The notes under the pieces: model-generated
Databases searched by the model: none
What the model saw: the letters and a program-made list of their open reading frames with translations, nothing else
Told to the model about the DNA's origin: nothing
NCBI RefSeq assembly: GCF_030539875.1
Contig: NZ_JAUNXI010000004.1
Coordinates: forward strand, 19,575 to 83,574
Direction of reading: 5' to 3'
DNA: 64,000 nucleotides
Origin: Methanobrevibacter sp.
Lineage (GTDB): Archaea; Methanobacteriota; Methanobacteria; Methanobacteriales; Methanobacteriaceae
Program-made: the position numbers and the translations under genes
In this document: in pieces, positions 1 to 11,560 of the stretch
Numbering within the stretch: the stretch's first letter is position 1
How the letters are laid out: the number at the start of each line of letters is the position of its first letter

Positions 1-64
1 CGCAACCGGCATACATTGCACCAATAATAACTGCAGTATTTCCTTTTACCATTTGATTACTCAT
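1..64 (-). CDS. vorB: 2-oxoisovalerate:ferredoxin oxidoreductase alpha-type subunit, 5' end only (runs off window)
   Basis: Minus strand reads MSNQMVKGNTAVIIGAMYAGC, the N-terminus typical of 2-oxoacid oxidoreductase alpha subunits; ATG directly follows the TAA of the upstream ferredoxin. Confidence 0.8.
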   Translation of the reverse strand, partial: MSNQMVKGNTAVIIGAMYAGC

Positions 65-355
65 TTATTTACCTCCCTTTTGGCTAGCTACTTTGGATTT
101 AATCATTTTTGCAATTGAGTTATTGGCAATATTTTTTATTTGATGCACCTCTAGGGCTAATGGTTCAGGACAGGTAAAATAACAGTCTTTGCATCCTGTA
201 CAACCATTTCCACTATAATAAGCAAATTGATATCCTGCATTATTCATATCTTCACTAAGCAATATTGCATTCTGAGGACATCCAATTATGCATCTCATAC
301 ATCCTTTGCAAATCTCTTTATTAATAACGGGGTAAGATATTTCTTCGTCTATCAT
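65..355 (-). CDS. vorC: 2x[4Fe-4S] ferredoxin subunit of 2-oxoisovalerate oxidoreductase
   Basis: Two CxxCxxCxxxCP motifs (CKGCMRCIIGCP, CTGCKDCYFTCP); directly upstream of vorB-like gene. Confidence 0.8.
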   Translation of the reverse strand: MIDEEISYPVINKEICKGCMRCIIGCPQNAILLSEDMNNAGYQFAYYSGNGCTGCKDCYFTCPEPLALEVHQIKNIANNSIAKMIKSKVASQKGGK

Positions 356-363
356 TATATCAT

Positions 364-2037
364 CTAATTAAATTCTTTGTGATCTTTTTCTCTGATTTCA
401 ACTCTTCTTGTTTTACCGCTGATGGTTTCCGGAATTTCATCAACATATTCAACCATTCTAGGGTATTTATAAGGAGCTGTAACTTTTTTAACATGATTTT
501 GAATGTCTTTTGTGAGTTTGTCTGATGGTTCAAATTCAGGCTGCAACACAATTGTCGCTTTAACGATTTGACCTCTTACTTCATCAGGATAAGCAGTAAT
601 TGCACAGTGCAAGACCGCTTCGTGGGATAGTACTGCACTTTCTACTTCATAGGGTCCAATACGGTAACCTGAAGATTTGATAATGTCATCATTTCTTCCG
701 ATAAAGTGAACGTATCCGTCTTCATCCACCCATGCAGTATCTCCGCAGTGGTAGTATCCTCCATAGCATTGAGCTGCCTGCTTTACAGGATCTTTATAGT
801 ATTCTTTGAATAATCCTGGTGTCGCTCCATCTGATATATCAAAACAGAGTTCTCCTTCTTCACCAATGTCAACAGGATTATTGTTTTCATCTAATAACTT
901 TAAGTTGTAAAGTGGAGACGGTTTACCGATTGAACCGATTTTTGCATCCAACCAGATAAATGTTCCGATAGATAATGTTGTTTCAGTTTGTCCAAATCCT
1001 TCTTTAATTCTTAAACCTGAAATCTCATAGAATTTTTCAGATACTTCTGGAGGAAGTGGTTCGCCTGCTGTTGTAACATAACTTAAATTTGAAAAGTCAT
1101 ATCCCTTGATATTTTCTTTAATTAAGAATCTGTAAACAGTCGGAGGTGCACAGAAAGTATTTACTTTGTTTTCAATAATCTTTTCAAGCAATTTTATTCC
1201 GTTAAATCTTTCATAATCATAAATAAAGATTGAAGTTCCGGAAATCCATTGTCCGTAAATATTTCCCCATACCGCTTTGCCCCATCCTGTATCGGCTGCG
1301 CTGTGATGGATTCCGTCCTCTACAACGTTATGCCAGTATTTTGCAGTTGGAATGTGTCCTAAACAGTAAGTATGTCTATGTGAAACCATTTTAGGAAGTC
1401 CGCTAGTTCCTGATGTAAAGTAGATTAGGAATACTTCATCAGCCATAGGGTTTTCATCACCGATTGGTCTTTCATAAACAGGACTTTCCTTTGCAAGCTC
1501 TTTGTTAAAATTAATCCATCCTTCTCTGTCGGTTTCAATAACGAGTTTTTTTAATTCCCAGTTTAATTCTTTTTCAGCTTCTTCATAATCCGGAAGTAAA
1601 GAATCCTCTTCAACTGTAATAACTGCTTTTACTTCGGCCTGCTTTAATCTAAAATCGATATCATGAAGTTTTAACATGTGGGTTGCAGGAATGGCTACTG
1701 CGCCAAGCTTGTGCAATGCAACCATGCAGAACCACCATTCGTATCTGTTTTTTAAGGTAAGCATTACTTTGTCGCCTTTTTCAATGCCTATTTTTTTAAG
1801 TAAATTAACAGTCCTGTTGGAATATTCTTTCATATCCTTAAAAGTGAATGTGCGGTCTTCTCCATTGTCGTTAGTCCAGATTAAAGCAACTTTGTCCGGA
1901 TCTATTTCGGCATATCTGTCGACCACATCAAATCCGAAGTTGAAATCTGGTTCAAATTTAAGCTTAAAATTTTTATAAAAGTCTTCATAAGAGTTAAAAT
2001 CAACTCTTTCAACAAAATTTCTTATTAATGATGTCAT
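364..2037 (-). CDS. AMP-forming acyl-CoA synthetase (short/medium-chain)
   Basis: YFTSGTSGLPK P-loop, EGFGQTET, GD/GRNDD and TISGK adenylate-forming motifs; 557 aa. Confidence 0.93.
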   Translation of the reverse strand: MTSLIRNFVERVDFNSYEDFYKNFKLKFEPDFNFGFDVVDRYAEIDPDKVALIWTNDNGEDRTFTFKDMKEYSNRTVNLLKKIGIEKGDKVMLTLKNRYEWWFCMVALHKLGAVAIPATHMLKLHDIDFRLKQAEVKAVITVEEDSLLPDYEEAEKELNWELKKLVIETDREGWINFNKELAKESPVYERPIGDENPMADEVFLIYFTSGTSGLPKMVSHRHTYCLGHIPTAKYWHNVVEDGIHHSAADTGWGKAVWGNIYGQWISGTSIFIYDYERFNGIKLLEKIIENKVNTFCAPPTVYRFLIKENIKGYDFSNLSYVTTAGEPLPPEVSEKFYEISGLRIKEGFGQTETTLSIGTFIWLDAKIGSIGKPSPLYNLKLLDENNNPVDIGEEGELCFDISDGATPGLFKEYYKDPVKQAAQCYGGYYHCGDTAWVDEDGYVHFIGRNDDIIKSSGYRIGPYEVESAVLSHEAVLHCAITAYPDEVRGQIVKATIVLQPEFEPSDKLTKDIQNHVKKVTAPYKYPRMVEYVDEIPETISGKTRRVEIREKDHKEFN

Positions 2038-2057
2038 TAAAATTACCTCTAATGTGA

Positions 2058-2618
2058 TTATATGATTACTGCTAAAAATTTAGCGGGTTTATCGTTTAGC
2101 GCTACCATTGCATGTCTATGGGCTGAGTCGAAGAATATACAATCTCCTTCGTTGAGTATTATCTCATTATTGTGGATGTATATTTTTAATGTACCTTCAA
2201 GGACGTAGTTAAATTCTTGTCCTGGGTGTGAGTTAAGTGAAGGGATAGGGTTTTCTTCAGGATCCACAACAACAAGGAACGTTTCAGCTTTTTTATGAAT
2301 AAATTTGGAACATAAGTTTTCGTGAGTGTATTCTTTTCGTCTGTTAACTGAAACTCCTTTATTTGCACGAGTAACATCAAAAATACTCATCCTACTTTCA
2401 TTACCGGTTAATAATAATCCTAAATCAACTTTAAAAATATGTGCAAGTTCGTATAAGAAGCTTGCAGGGATGTCTACTTCTCCGTTTTCATATTGAATGT
2501 AAGTTTCCTGTTTAATATTCAATTCAGATGTAATTTCACTAATTGTAATGTCTGATAACTCTCTCAATTCTCTAATTCTGTTTCCAATATCTTTGTTGTA
2601 TTCATTCAAAATAAACAC
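2058..2618 (-). CDS. XRE-family HTH regulator with C-terminal cupin domain
   Basis: [10 protein letters not shown]...[13 protein letters not shown]_3; [13 protein letters not shown] cupin. Confidence 0.9.
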   Translation of the reverse strand: MFILNEYNKDIGNRIRELRELSDITISEITSELNIKQETYIQYENGEVDIPASFLYELAHIFKVDLGLLLTGNESRMSIFDVTRANKGVSVNRRKEYTHENLCSKFIHKKAETFLVVVDPEENPIPSLNSHPGQEFNYVLEGTLKIYIHNNEIILNEGDCIFFDSAHRHAMVALNDKPAKFLAVII

Positions 2619-2835
2619 CTGATTTTTTTTAATTGATTTGTAAAACGATTATATAATAATATATATAACATATAATAATTATGATTTTATGCTTATATAA
2701 AGTTTATTCAAAATCATGACAATTCATTATAAATTTTTCGAACAATCGATTTTTTAAATAAAAAGTTTTAATGAAAGTATTTAAATACTTAAACTGTTAT
2801 AAGTTTAATTTATTATATCGGAGGAGATTTTTAAA

Positions 2836-3207
2836 ATGTCATCTAATGAGATTGGAACTACAGTTCTTTTCAAAAAGCAATTAGGTTTGAATTATGAAAT
2901 AGACCAGAAATATGTTGGTTTAAAAATGAAAGAGAATAATATTTTATCTTTTAATTTCAGAGTTCCTGGAGATTTAAAGGATGAGCTTGAAGCATATTTT
3001 AAAAGATTTAAATTAGGTGAACCAATTTTAGTTGATATAGGTGGAACTGGAGATATTAAATGTGATTTTAAAGGAATTTCACCTGTTTTAAAAAATAATG
3101 ATGAATTTGACCAGTATTTCCTCTCAGCTACTCTTCAGGAAGACAAAAAATATAATCCTGTAGAAGAGGAAAAATGTGAAACTTGCAGCGGCTGCGGTTT
3201 TCACTGA
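2836..3207 (+). CDS. hypothetical protein with C-terminal CxxCxxC
   Basis: 123 aa ORF with GGAGGAG RBS and upstream TTTAAATA box. Confidence 0.7.
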   Translation: MSSNEIGTTVLFKKQLGLNYEIDQKYVGLKMKENNILSFNFRVPGDLKDELEAYFKRFKLGEPILVDIGGTGDIKCDFKGISPVLKNNDEFDQYFLSATLQEDKKYNPVEEEKCETCSGCGFH

Positions 3208-3208
3208 T

Positions 3209-4138
3209 TTAATTTTTTTTATACCATTCGATGGTCTTAATCAAATTCTCTTTTAAATCATCCTGACTTGCTTTTAAATTAATTTTTTTCATTTTATTAA
3301 TGTCTGCAACTGATCTTTCAATATCATTTTCTCTTTTTGCAAGATATTTAGGTTCTAAATCACTGTTTAAAAGGTCTTTGATTGTTGCATATATTTCATT
3401 AATGCTTAATTCCCGACCGGATGCAACATTTACTATTCCATTAAACTCAGATTCACAAACTTTTATATTGGCTTTAACAACATCATCTATGAAAATAAAA
3501 TCTCTTGTCTGATTTCCATCACCATGGATTTCAACCTGTTTGTTATTTAAAAGATTTAAAATAAAATTAGGAATTGCTGCGGAATATTCTCCGTTCAAGC
3601 ATTGTTTTTGACCAAAGATATTAAAATATCTCAATGATGCATAGTTTAGACCGTAAACATTGTGGAAAAATTTCAAATATAATTCGCAGTTTGCTTTTGA
3701 TAGTCCATATGGAGATATGGGGTTTGTCTTTTCTGTTTCTTTTAAAGGCAAGTTAGCATTATTTCCATAAACTGCTGATGAAGACGAAAACACGACTTTT
3801 TTAACATTATTTTTAGCAGCTGATTCTAAAAGCCTTATGGTTGCATTGAGATTTATATCATTGCATCTTGCAGGATCTTCATTGCACTGAAAAACGTTTG
3901 CCATTGCAGCAACATGAAAAATGTAGTGTACATCTTTTGTTATCTCATCAAAATCCACTTTAGTGAGGTCTTCATGTATTATTTCTAATTTTGAATCGTT
4001 TATATTATCTATATTTTTGATATTTCCCGTTGATAAATCATCAATTATTCTAACTTTATTGTGTTTTAGTAATTCGTTTGAAAGGTGTGAGCCAATAAAC
4101 CCAAGTCCTCCGGTTATTAAAACGCGTTTATTTCTCAT
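3209..4138 (-). CDS. NAD-dependent epimerase/dehydratase (UDP-glucose 4-epimerase-like)
   Basis: GGLGFIGS Rossmann, SSSAVYG, YGLSK (YxxxK), YFNIFG; start moved to MRNKRV at 4138. Confidence 0.9.
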   Translation of the reverse strand: MRNKRVLITGGLGFIGSHLSNELLKHNKVRIIDDLSTGNIKNIDNINDSKLEIIHEDLTKVDFDEITKDVHYIFHVAAMANVFQCNEDPARCNDINLNATIRLLESAAKNNVKKVVFSSSSAVYGNNANLPLKETEKTNPISPYGLSKANCELYLKFFHNVYGLNYASLRYFNIFGQKQCLNGEYSAAIPNFILNLLNNKQVEIHGDGNQTRDFIFIDDVVKANIKVCESEFNGIVNVASGRELSINEIYATIKDLLNSDLEPKYLAKRENDIERSVADINKMKKINLKASQDDLKENLIKTIEWYKKN

Positions 4139-4252
4139 TAAAACACCAGATATTAATTTAAATTTTTTAATTACGTCATATATTTTTTTAAGTAACAATA
4201 TTTATATATTTTTATTATACATACTTATTAATATAAGAGGAGTCTTAATAAC

Positions 4253-4642
4253 ATGTTTAATTTGATAGATAATACACTAGTCTTTGCTTCTTATGGCAAC
4301 ATATTTGGACTTAGTAATATTACTATTAGCCCTATGGATATTGTTTTAGCATATCTTGTGGCCATTTTAATTTCAATAATTGTGGCTTTTGCTTTAAAAA
4401 TTCCATTATTGCCAAGCAAACCATATAGGTATTCTTTTGATGTTAGTGCGATATATCCAACTCCGATTATTTCCATGGGCGTTTTTTCAATTTTTTTAGT
4501 TTTAAATTATACGTTCATGTATAATGGACTGGTTTTAGCAGTCATAATTGGAATTTTATCTGCATTATTTGTGAAATATTTATTTGATTTTGTATTTCCA
4601 AAACCTCTAAATGAAGATGAAAGGGATGAGATTAATGAATGA
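4253..4642 (+). CDS. ehaA: energy-converting hydrogenase A subunit A (membrane)
   Basis: First gene of Eha operon, GAGGAG RBS, hydrophobic; letter assigned by operon position. Confidence 0.8.
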   Translation: MFNLIDNTLVFASYGNIFGLSNITISPMDIVLAYLVAILISIIVAFALKIPLLPSKPYRYSFDVSAIYPTPIISMGVFSIFLVLNYTFMYNGLVLAVIIGILSALFVKYLFDFVFPKPLNEDERDEINE

Positions 4643-5132
4643 GGTAATTGGAATAATAATTGCTGCAATTCTCTGCTGGTTGAATTTTGTCATTGTGGAT
4701 ACATACTTCGGACTTCCCGAACAACCTGGAGTTGAAGGAGCAAAAACGATTGGAGAAGATGTTGAGAGAAGAGGGGGGGATATTGCTGGTGGATTTTTCC
4801 AAGGAAACATTTTATGTTCTCCAGACGCATCTGCCGGTACGTTGTTGTCCTCCATTGGATATTTGCTGTTGGGCATTCCTGGCGGTATCATAGCTGCCTT
4901 TTTTGTATTGATGGGAAATAGATTATGTGCAGATCCTGGTTATGCTGGAACCTGCGGAAGTTTAACCGCAACAGTTATCATTTTTATTTGTTCATTTATA
5001 GGCATGACTCCTGAAATGTTTATTGTTGGAATGGTTATTGCAATTTTTACAATAATGGGTATAAATCAGGCCAAGGCTTCTGTAGTTTTGGGTAAAATTG
5101 CGAAAAAATTCAACAGGCATGCTGGAGAGTGA
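4635..5132 (+). CDS. ehaB: Eha subunit B
   Basis: [13 protein letters not shown]...[13 protein letters not shown]; overlaps ehaA stop. Confidence 0.82.
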   Translation: MNEVIGIIIAAILCWLNFVIVDTYFGLPEQPGVEGAKTIGEDVERRGGDIAGGFFQGNILCSPDASAGTLLSSIGYLLLGIPGGIIAAFFVLMGNRLCADPGYAGTCGSLTATVIIFICSFIGMTPEMFIVGMVIAIFTIMGINQAKASVVLGKIAKKFNRHAGE

Positions 5133-5386
5133 TTAATATGTATGTTGAAATTATTGGCATTATTGTTCTATTTGCAGCATTGAGGGCTTTGGTAACAAGA
5201 AATAGGGCAGAAAGACTTTTATATTTAAATGTTATAGGATTTGGAGTATCTGCGATTATTGCATTGGTGATTAATACTCCATTTGCTCTTGTTGTTGCTG
5301 CTGCATTCTTTATATGTTCTACAATTAGTGCAAATGCGATTGCTTATACCTTAAAAAGGTTAGATGAGGAGATACTTTTGGAGTAG
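5129..5386 (+). CDS. ehaC: Eha subunit C
   Basis: Small membrane [16 protein letters not shown]; operon position. Confidence 0.8.
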   Translation: MINMYVEIIGIIVLFAALRALVTRNRAERLLYLNVIGFGVSAIIALVINTPFALVVAAAFFICSTISANAIAYTLKRLDEEILLE

Positions 5387-5393
5387 GATAAAA

Positions 5394-5663
5394 ATGGAAT
5401 TTTTCGTATCAATAATTGCAATCGCTTTAATACTTATCGGAACATTTGGTATTGTGCTTCTTGAAAAGCCATTGGATAAAGTTATAATGTTTTCAATACT
5501 TGATGCAGGATTCGTACTGGTGATTGTGCTGTTTAAATATCTGGATGTTGCGATGTTTGCATCATTGGCAGGACCATTATCTACTTTGGTATTCATCTTG
5601 TCTATTGTTAAAATTAATGAGATTAGAAAAAAGAAACTTGTAAGTGGTGATGCAGATGATTAG
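5394..5663 (+). CDS. ehaD: Eha subunit D
   Basis: Small membrane [11 protein letters not shown]; start refined to MEFFVS. Confidence 0.8.
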   Translation: MEFFVSIIAIALILIGTFGIVLLEKPLDKVIMFSILDAGFVLVIVLFKYLDVAMFASLAGPLSTLVFILSIVKINEIRKKKLVSGDADD

Positions 5664-5916
5664 TGTTCCGTTATTCTTTTACTTTGGAATTTTTCTTGCA
5701 ATTGTAGGAAGTATTGCTACTGCATGGGGTCCCGGTGTTAATGACCCGATTGTTAGAACATTCAATACTGAAGTAGCAGCTATTGGTGTATGTTTGGTGC
5801 TATTGTGCTATAATCATGTTTTGGCATTGTTGACATTGCTTGCGACTACTGTTATTATTAGTTTAATTTTATTTAGAGCCATCATTCGTTTAGAAGAAAT
5901 GGGGGCAGATGTATGA
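5656..5916 (+). CDS. ehaE: Eha subunit E
   Basis: [17 protein letters not shown]; membrane; start refined after GGTGA RBS. Confidence 0.8.
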   Translation: MISVPLFFYFGIFLAIVGSIATAWGPGVNDPIVRTFNTEVAAIGVCLVLLCYNHVLALLTLLATTVIISLILFRAIIRLEEMGADV

Positions 5917-6506
5917 GAATTGGAGTTTTATGGAACAAACTGGCTGAACCTAAAAATATTCCCAGATTATTTGCTTTTAGTTTAGGGATTATTTTGATTA
6001 TAGGCCTTATTGTCCCAATGGCTTTGAATCCGGATCAGATTTATGTCAGACCTGCTCCCCAAGAGCAAATCGATGAGGGTCTGGCTATTGCTCCTTATGA
6101 TAGGGGCGGTGAAGTCTTAGTGCAGCCTGGAATTATCAATCCCCAATATCCGGATAATTCTGTTAAATTGGGAATGATAACTGCATACTTATCTCCAATT
6201 GCACAATGGGTGTCTTCAATATCTCCGTATTTTGGAACATCAATTTATTCATCTCCTGGCGGTCTTATTGATGAGATTTTATATTATACAAGAGGATTCG
6301 ATACCATTTTAGAATCTTCCATACTGATGATGTCATTTATCATTGCTTCATGGTTATCAGTTAACTATACTATGAATAGGAAAAATGACAAAGCCGAGAT
6401 TAAAAAAGATGTTGAGAAGGCAATTAACAATTCGGCAAAAATAGCCAATGAAGTTAGCAATAGCGATGCTAAAGCCAGATTGAAACAATTGAGGAGGGAT
6501 AATTAA
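5913..6506 (+). CDS. ehaF: Eha subunit F
   Basis: APYDRGG and [13 protein letters not shown] (MnhB-like) motifs. Confidence 0.82.
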   Translation: MRIGVLWNKLAEPKNIPRLFAFSLGIILIIGLIVPMALNPDQIYVRPAPQEQIDEGLAIAPYDRGGEVLVQPGIINPQYPDNSVKLGMITAYLSPIAQWVSSISPYFGTSIYSSPGGLIDEILYYTRGFDTILESSILMMSFIIASWLSVNYTMNRKNDKAEIKKDVEKAINNSAKIANEVSNSDAKARLKQLRRDN

Positions 6507-7201
6507 TGGTGGTCATACCTGCTTTTGTTCCCGCTGAGTTTTTAAGTATGTATCTGCCTGCAATCTATGCAGGATTAATTGTTGGTTTTATTGGAACAAT
6601 GGCAATAGCAATGAAAAGGGAAGAGATTCATATTCTTATCCTAACCGACATTGTGGGTCTTGCTATGATATTTGTCGTGTCTGCTGTTGGAACAGATTTG
6701 GCGGAGGCATTGATTTTGCCTGGTTTGGTAGTTGAGCTTGCAGAAACTCTGGCTATTTCAGAAATTTTAATTACAAGAGAAATGCGTATAATTGAGGCCA
6801 ATCCTAGAAAAAATTTATCTAGATCCGCTTCTTTATTCCCTCAACCATTTGCATTGAACATGGAAGTTTTAAATACTGCTCCAAATTTCATTGCACTGAT
6901 ATTAATTGGTTATGGTATTTTCTTAACAGGTTTTACTGGAGGTGCAGTAGCTGGTGGTGGAATTGTATTGTATGCACTGTCTAAAAAAGCAAGAGGACTT
7001 CCTGTACTCATTTTAGATGGTATTGCGGGAGTTTCTGGTATTGCATGGTGTTTGTGGATAATAGGATTTTTATTATTCTTCGTAACTCCTCAATATTGGT
7101 TATTGAGTTTATTCTTGGCAGCATGCGGATTATTATTAAAAGTAGCTTCAAAAGTTGGTTTGATTGGACTGCTTATGAGAGAGGACATAGACAAGGAGTA
7201 A
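6506..7201 (+). CDS. ehaG: Eha subunit G
   Basis: GFTGGAVAGGG MnhB-like membrane motif; operon position. Confidence 0.82.
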   Translation: MVVIPAFVPAEFLSMYLPAIYAGLIVGFIGTMAIAMKREEIHILILTDIVGLAMIFVVSAVGTDLAEALILPGLVVELAETLAISEILITREMRIIEANPRKNLSRSASLFPQPFALNMEVLNTAPNFIALILIGYGIFLTGFTGGAVAGGGIVLYALSKKARGLPVLILDGIAGVSGIAWCLWIIGFLLFFVTPQYWLLSLFLAACGLLLKVASKVGLIGLLMREDIDKE

Positions 7202-7882
7202 GTGATGGGTATGGATTTTGTTACACTTGGAGGAAATTTACTTGGAACAATTCCGCTTGGAGATATTGTATTGTACTTAACTCCGTTTAATTTGTTTTTA
7301 TTTGCGGTTTTGCTTGGGTTTACAGTTATGATTGGTTTAAGCAAGCCTGAAACTCAAATTGAAGCTACAATGAATCATTTGTATAATACTGAAGTTAAAG
7401 TAGGTCCGAAGGAATTTAAACAAAGAAGATTTTTATCTGTGCTCTGTGGTATTGCATCTGCAGGGGCAATGATTACCGGAGATTTATTTAACTTCACATT
7501 ATTCATGGCACTGGTTGGAATTTTGAATATTGGTATTGTATCTGCTGTAAAACAAACCAGCGTGTTAAATTCTGCATTTAATTATGGTCTGATAGCTATG
7601 ATGTGTAGTTTACCGTTGTTTGGTGGTGCAGCTATTATTCTTGCATCAACTGGAACTCTGTCACTTGCAGTGCTGTCTCAAATCTCTGCAAGTCCGATGG
7701 TCATTTTTGGTGCAGTATTGATGTTAATTGGTATTTTAGGTGAATGCGGGGTGGCACCTTTCTTTGCAAGCAAAGCAGAAATGTTTAGGACTGCCGGATC
7801 TCCGTTTATTGTTATCATTCATTTAAGTTCATTATTTATTATTGTAAGAGCTGTTGAAATTTTATTATTGGTATTGGGGTAA
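7202..7882 (+). CDS. ehaH: Eha subunit H (antiporter-like)
   Basis: GDLFNFTLF and [11 protein letters not shown]; multi-TM. Confidence 0.82.
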   Translation: MMGMDFVTLGGNLLGTIPLGDIVLYLTPFNLFLFAVLLGFTVMIGLSKPETQIEATMNHLYNTEVKVGPKEFKQRRFLSVLCGIASAGAMITGDLFNFTLFMALVGILNIGIVSAVKQTSVLNSAFNYGLIAMMCSLPLFGGAAIILASTGTLSLAVLSQISASPMVIFGAVLMLIGILGECGVAPFFASKAEMFRTAGSPFIVIIHLSSLFIIVRAVEILLLVLG

Positions 7883-7890
7883 GTGATAGT

Positions 7891-8106
7891 ATGGATGGTC
7901 AAAAAAGTTTATGTATTATTTTATTGGTATTATCAACAATAGCTATTCTTGCGTGTTTGGTTATAAACTTTGAATCATGGATTGTTTATACTGTAGCTAT
8001 CTTTGGTATACCTGTATGGGTGTTATCTTTAGGTCTGCTGACAATGGCTAAACCAAGACCTGAAGACGTAGAAGAAAGGGTGAAAGAACCATTTACTGGA
8101 TATTAG
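7891..8106 (+). CDS. ehaI: Eha subunit I
   Basis: 71 aa two-TM ORF ending KEPFTGY; operon position. Confidence 0.78.
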   Translation: MDGQKSLCIILLVLSTIAILACLVINFESWIVYTVAIFGIPVWVLSLGLLTMAKPRPEDVEERVKEPFTGY

Positions 8107-8115
8107 TGTGGTATT

Positions 8116-8988
8116 ATGAATTTAATGGCAAATATTTTAATTCAAGTGATTATTGCGTTTCTGGCCGGAAGCTTGCTTCTGGGTTTGCATAGAAAAGTTA
8201 TGGCACGTGTTCAAAAACGTCCTGGACCACCTATTGTCCAACAGCTGCTGCACTCTTTGAAATTTTTCTTTAAAGAAACTGCAATTCCTAAAACTGTTTC
8301 AAAGATATTTTACATAGGTATTGTATTTACATTGGCTTTGATTTGGATTGTTGGTGTTATTGCAGGTCCTGTGGCTCATGATTCTCTATTAATCATTTTT
8401 GCTGTTTATGCAGTTTATAAGATTGTTGAACATAATGCGGGGTCAAGTTCAGGTTCCCCATACGGTAAATTAAGTTGTGTCAGGGCAGTATTGTCTGCGG
8501 CAACTGAGCTTCCGTTGTTTGCAGCTATCATATTTGTTTATTTGATAACCGGTTCAATGAATATAGGAGAAATCATTAACTACCAGTCTGTTCATGGTCC
8601 GTTAATATTTTCAATTCCTCTTGCAGCTTTAATGTTCTTTATGCTGATTATTACAAAATCACCATATTCTCCATTTGCAATAACAAAAGATAAGGCTTTG
8701 GTTTCAGGTTTTGAAACTGAACACTTTGGATTTTTAAGAGGATTTATGTTATTTTCAGAATCTATTGCATGGTATGTGCTGTTGTGGGTATTTTTAACAA
8801 TATTTTTCGGTCCGTTAAATGCAGTGGGATATTTAATCGGAATGATTGCAATCACATTCATTACAGGTTTCATTAATGCTACAACTCCTGTTTTAAGTCC
8901 GAACCATTCAGTTATGGCTCTAATTACAGTTGGAGCAATATGTTTCTTTGGAACAATAATTATGATATTTGGAGGGGTGGTGTTATGA
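8116..8988 (+). CDS. ehaJ: Eha subunit J (NuoH/HycD-like)
   Basis: [14 protein letters not shown] and SGFETEH NuoH-family motifs. Confidence 0.9.
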   Translation: MNLMANILIQVIIAFLAGSLLLGLHRKVMARVQKRPGPPIVQQLLHSLKFFFKETAIPKTVSKIFYIGIVFTLALIWIVGVIAGPVAHDSLLIIFAVYAVYKIVEHNAGSSSGSPYGKLSCVRAVLSAATELPLFAAIIFVYLITGSMNIGEIINYQSVHGPLIFSIPLAALMFFMLIITKSPYSPFAITKDKALVSGFETEHFGFLRGFMLFSESIAWYVLLWVFLTIFFGPLNAVGYLIGMIAITFITGFINATTPVLSPNHSVMALITVGAICFFGTIIMIFGGVVL

Positions 8989-9239
8989 ATAGTGAAGATG
9001 TAATAGTTTATTTCACCGCATTAGTTGCTATTGGTATAATTGTTATTGGTTTGCTGACAACTGCATTGCATTCAATTGTCATTGCTCCGATAGTGATTAT
9101 TGGAGTTATCTTGGCAATTTTCGCATTGCTGTCTAAAGGTAATTTTTCACATAAGATAGAAAGTATTGAGAAATTATGTTTTATTATAACATTGATGGCA
9201 ATTATTTGTTCATTTATATTGCTTTATAAACCGATGTAG
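8985..9239 (+). CDS. ehaK: Eha subunit K
   Basis: Small membrane ORF overlapping ehaJ stop (ATGA); start refined. Confidence 0.75.
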   Translation: MNSEDVIVYFTALVAIGIIVIGLLTTALHSIVIAPIVIIGVILAIFALLSKGNFSHKIESIEKLCFIITLMAIICSFILLYKPM

Positions 9240-9247
9240 GGGATATT

Positions 9248-9553
9248 ATGTTAGACTATATGATTTATATACTAGTATTTGCTGTAGGGCTTATTCTTGG
9301 TTTACTTTACAGTTATAAACTGCATGGGGAACCTTATGTTGCAGATTCAGGATTTAATGTGCCTTTGGCTATAGGTTCTGTTGTAGGTTGGTGTTTAGGT
9401 TTTAACTCAGGAAATGTAATTCTCTCCTCTGTTGGTTTTCTCTTATCAGGGTTTGTAATGGGTGGAAGACCTGGATATGGTAGAAAAGAAACTGTATTGG
9501 GTTTAATAATTGCAATTATTTTATATTTCTTATTGAATAGCGGTATGATGTGA
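9248..9553 (+). CDS. ehaL: Eha subunit L
   Basis: GGRPGYGRKE motif; membrane; operon position. Confidence 0.8.
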   Translation: MLDYMIYILVFAVGLILGLLYSYKLHGEPYVADSGFNVPLAIGSVVGWCLGFNSGNVILSSVGFLLSGFVMGGRPGYGRKETVLGLIIAIILYFLLNSGMM

Positions 9554-9558
9554 TTGGA

Positions 9559-9951
9559 ATGGATGAGGAAGCTAAATTAAGAGTAATGCAAGAAAGAATA
9601 ATAAAAAGTTATGCTTGGCAAAGAGATATTGTAGTTCCGCTTTCCAGGGAATTTGAATGTACCGTTGAAGAATTGGAGGAATTGTTCTATAATTTATTTG
9701 ATATGGACTCTCTTGAAGGATTGCATGGAACATTTATGTCAGCAAGTGATATTGGTTTGTATGAAAAATTTAACGCTGATTTGAGATTATGCTGGTTTGT
9801 TGATTCATTAAATGCAATACCTTACGAAGAAGGCAAAAAATTAAGAATAAAACTAATGAAAGAAGTTAAAAACGGCAAATCTTATGATGATGCATTAAAA
9901 GAAGGTAAATTAGAATTATTTGAATTATTAAAAAAAGAAGTTAAATACTGA
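9559..9951 (+). CDS. ehaM: Eha subunit M
   Basis: Soluble ORF RIIKSYAWQRD...DLRLCW just before the small subunit. Confidence 0.8.
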   Translation: MDEEAKLRVMQERIIKSYAWQRDIVVPLSREFECTVEELEELFYNLFDMDSLEGLHGTFMSASDIGLYEKFNADLRLCWFVDSLNAIPYEEGKKLRIKLMKEVKNGKSYDDALKEGKLELFELLKKEVKY

Positions 9952-9980
9952 GGTTTATTTATTGTTTATAAAATAGAAGA

Positions 9981-10439
9981 GTGAGTACAATGTTAGATGC
10001 TGTTAAAGATGCTGTGAGGAAAAGCTCAATTCATGTTTGTGTTGTAAATTGTGGAGGATGCAATGGGTGTGATGTGGAAGTTGTTGCATTATTGTCTCCA
10101 AGATATGATTTAGAGCAATATGGTATTTATGTTCAAAATAATCCTCGTGAAGCTGATGTCTTATTGTTAACCGGTGCAGTCACTGAACAATGGACTGATA
10201 ATTTAAAAAGGATTTATGATAAAGCTCCAGAACCGAAAATTGTTGTAGCGGTTGGGAACTGTCCTCAATCCGGAGATGTATTTAATCAGGAAGGAGGTCA
10301 TGTTCATGCCCCTGCATCTAATTTTATTCCAGTTGATGCAGCTATTCCTGGATGTCCGCCTAGGCCTAGTGAAATTTTAGAAGCCATTCTTGCTGTAGGT
10401 CCACAAGCTATTGCAGATAGGGGGAGGGAAGAAAAATGA
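9981..10439 (+). CDS. ehaN: Eha [NiFe]-hydrogenase small subunit
   Basis: [15 protein letters not shown] and PGCPPRP group-4 small-subunit motifs. Confidence 0.93.
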   Translation: MSTMLDAVKDAVRKSSIHVCVVNCGGCNGCDVEVVALLSPRYDLEQYGIYVQNNPREADVLLLTGAVTEQWTDNLKRIYDKAPEPKIVVAVGNCPQSGDVFNQEGGHVHAPASNFIPVDAAIPGCPPRPSEILEAILAVGPQAIADRGREEK

Positions 10440-11560
10440 TAGTGCCTATTGGTCCAATTCATCCTGCTTTAAAAGAACCTATCAGACTCAAGCTCCAAAC
10501 TGAAGGGGAGAGGGTTGTTAGTGCCGAAATCGAATTCGGTTATGTTCACAGAGGTATTGAAAAGATTATTGAAGGCAAAACTTGGCAGAAAGGGATTTAT
10601 CTTTCTGAAAGAGTATGTGGTATTTGTTCATATGAACACACTCAAACTTTCGCTGAAACAATTGAGCGAATTTCTGATGTTGATGTTCCTGTAAGGGCTC
10701 AATTTTTAAGAACAATTACAAATGAGCTTGACAGGATTCAAAGTCATTTGCTTGCCAATTCAACATTTTTCAAATCAATGGATCATGAAACATTATTTAT
10801 GCATTCCCTGGAACTCAGGGAATATGCAATGGATTCGATTGAATTGTTGACTGGAAACAGGGTAAATATGGGTTGGAATGTTGTTGGAGGAGTTAGAATG
10901 GATGCCGATGAACGCCACTTCGAACCAATATTGGAAAACCTTAAGAAAATTGAAGAACGTTTTGATACCGTTAGAGCATTATTTGCAGAAGGTCCGGCTT
11001 TAGCATTAAGATGCAAAGGAATTGGACACATGAGTAAAAAAGAAGCCATTAAAGGCCGTGCTGTAGGTCCTATTGGAAGGGCTTCCGGTGTCAAAGAGGA
11101 TTATAGGGTTGGTCATTACACTTATGATGATTATTTTGACTTTAACATAATCAGGAGAAAAGAAGGAGATAATTACGCAAGAACATTAACAAGGCTGGAT
11201 GAAATTCCAGAATCCATAAGTTTAATTAGACAAGCAATTGACAATATTCCTAAAGGGGAAATCAGAACTCCTGCTGATTTAAAGTCAGGATATGCAATGT
11301 CTAGAAACGAAGCTCCTCGTGGTGAAGTTATCTACATGATTGAAACCAATGGCAATCTGATTAAACATATTTCCATCAGAACTCCAAGTATTTCAAACAT
11401 GAATTCCTGTGCAAAATACATGATTCCTGATGTTCCGACAGTTGCCGATGCAGTTTCAACTTATGCTTCTTGTGATCCTTGTGTTGCATGTGCTGAAAGA
11501 GTGGCAGTTACTGATGAGCATGGAAAAACAAGATTTAAAAACATTTATGAGGGGATATAA
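10436..11560 (+). CDS. ehaO: Eha [NiFe]-hydrogenase large subunit
   Basis: ERVCGICS (L1) and DPCVACAER (L2) Ni-binding motifs. Confidence 0.95.
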   Translation: MIVPIGPIHPALKEPIRLKLQTEGERVVSAEIEFGYVHRGIEKIIEGKTWQKGIYLSERVCGICSYEHTQTFAETIERISDVDVPVRAQFLRTITNELDRIQSHLLANSTFFKSMDHETLFMHSLELREYAMDSIELLTGNRVNMGWNVVGGVRMDADERHFEPILENLKKIEERFDTVRALFAEGPALALRCKGIGHMSKKEAIKGRAVGPIGRASGVKEDYRVGHYTYDDYFDFNIIRRKEGDNYARTLTRLDEIPESISLIRQAIDNIPKGEIRTPADLKSGYAMSRNEAPRGEVIYMIETNGNLIKHISIRTPSISNMNSCAKYMIPDVPTVADAVSTYASCDPCVACAERVAVTDEHGKTRFKNIYEGI

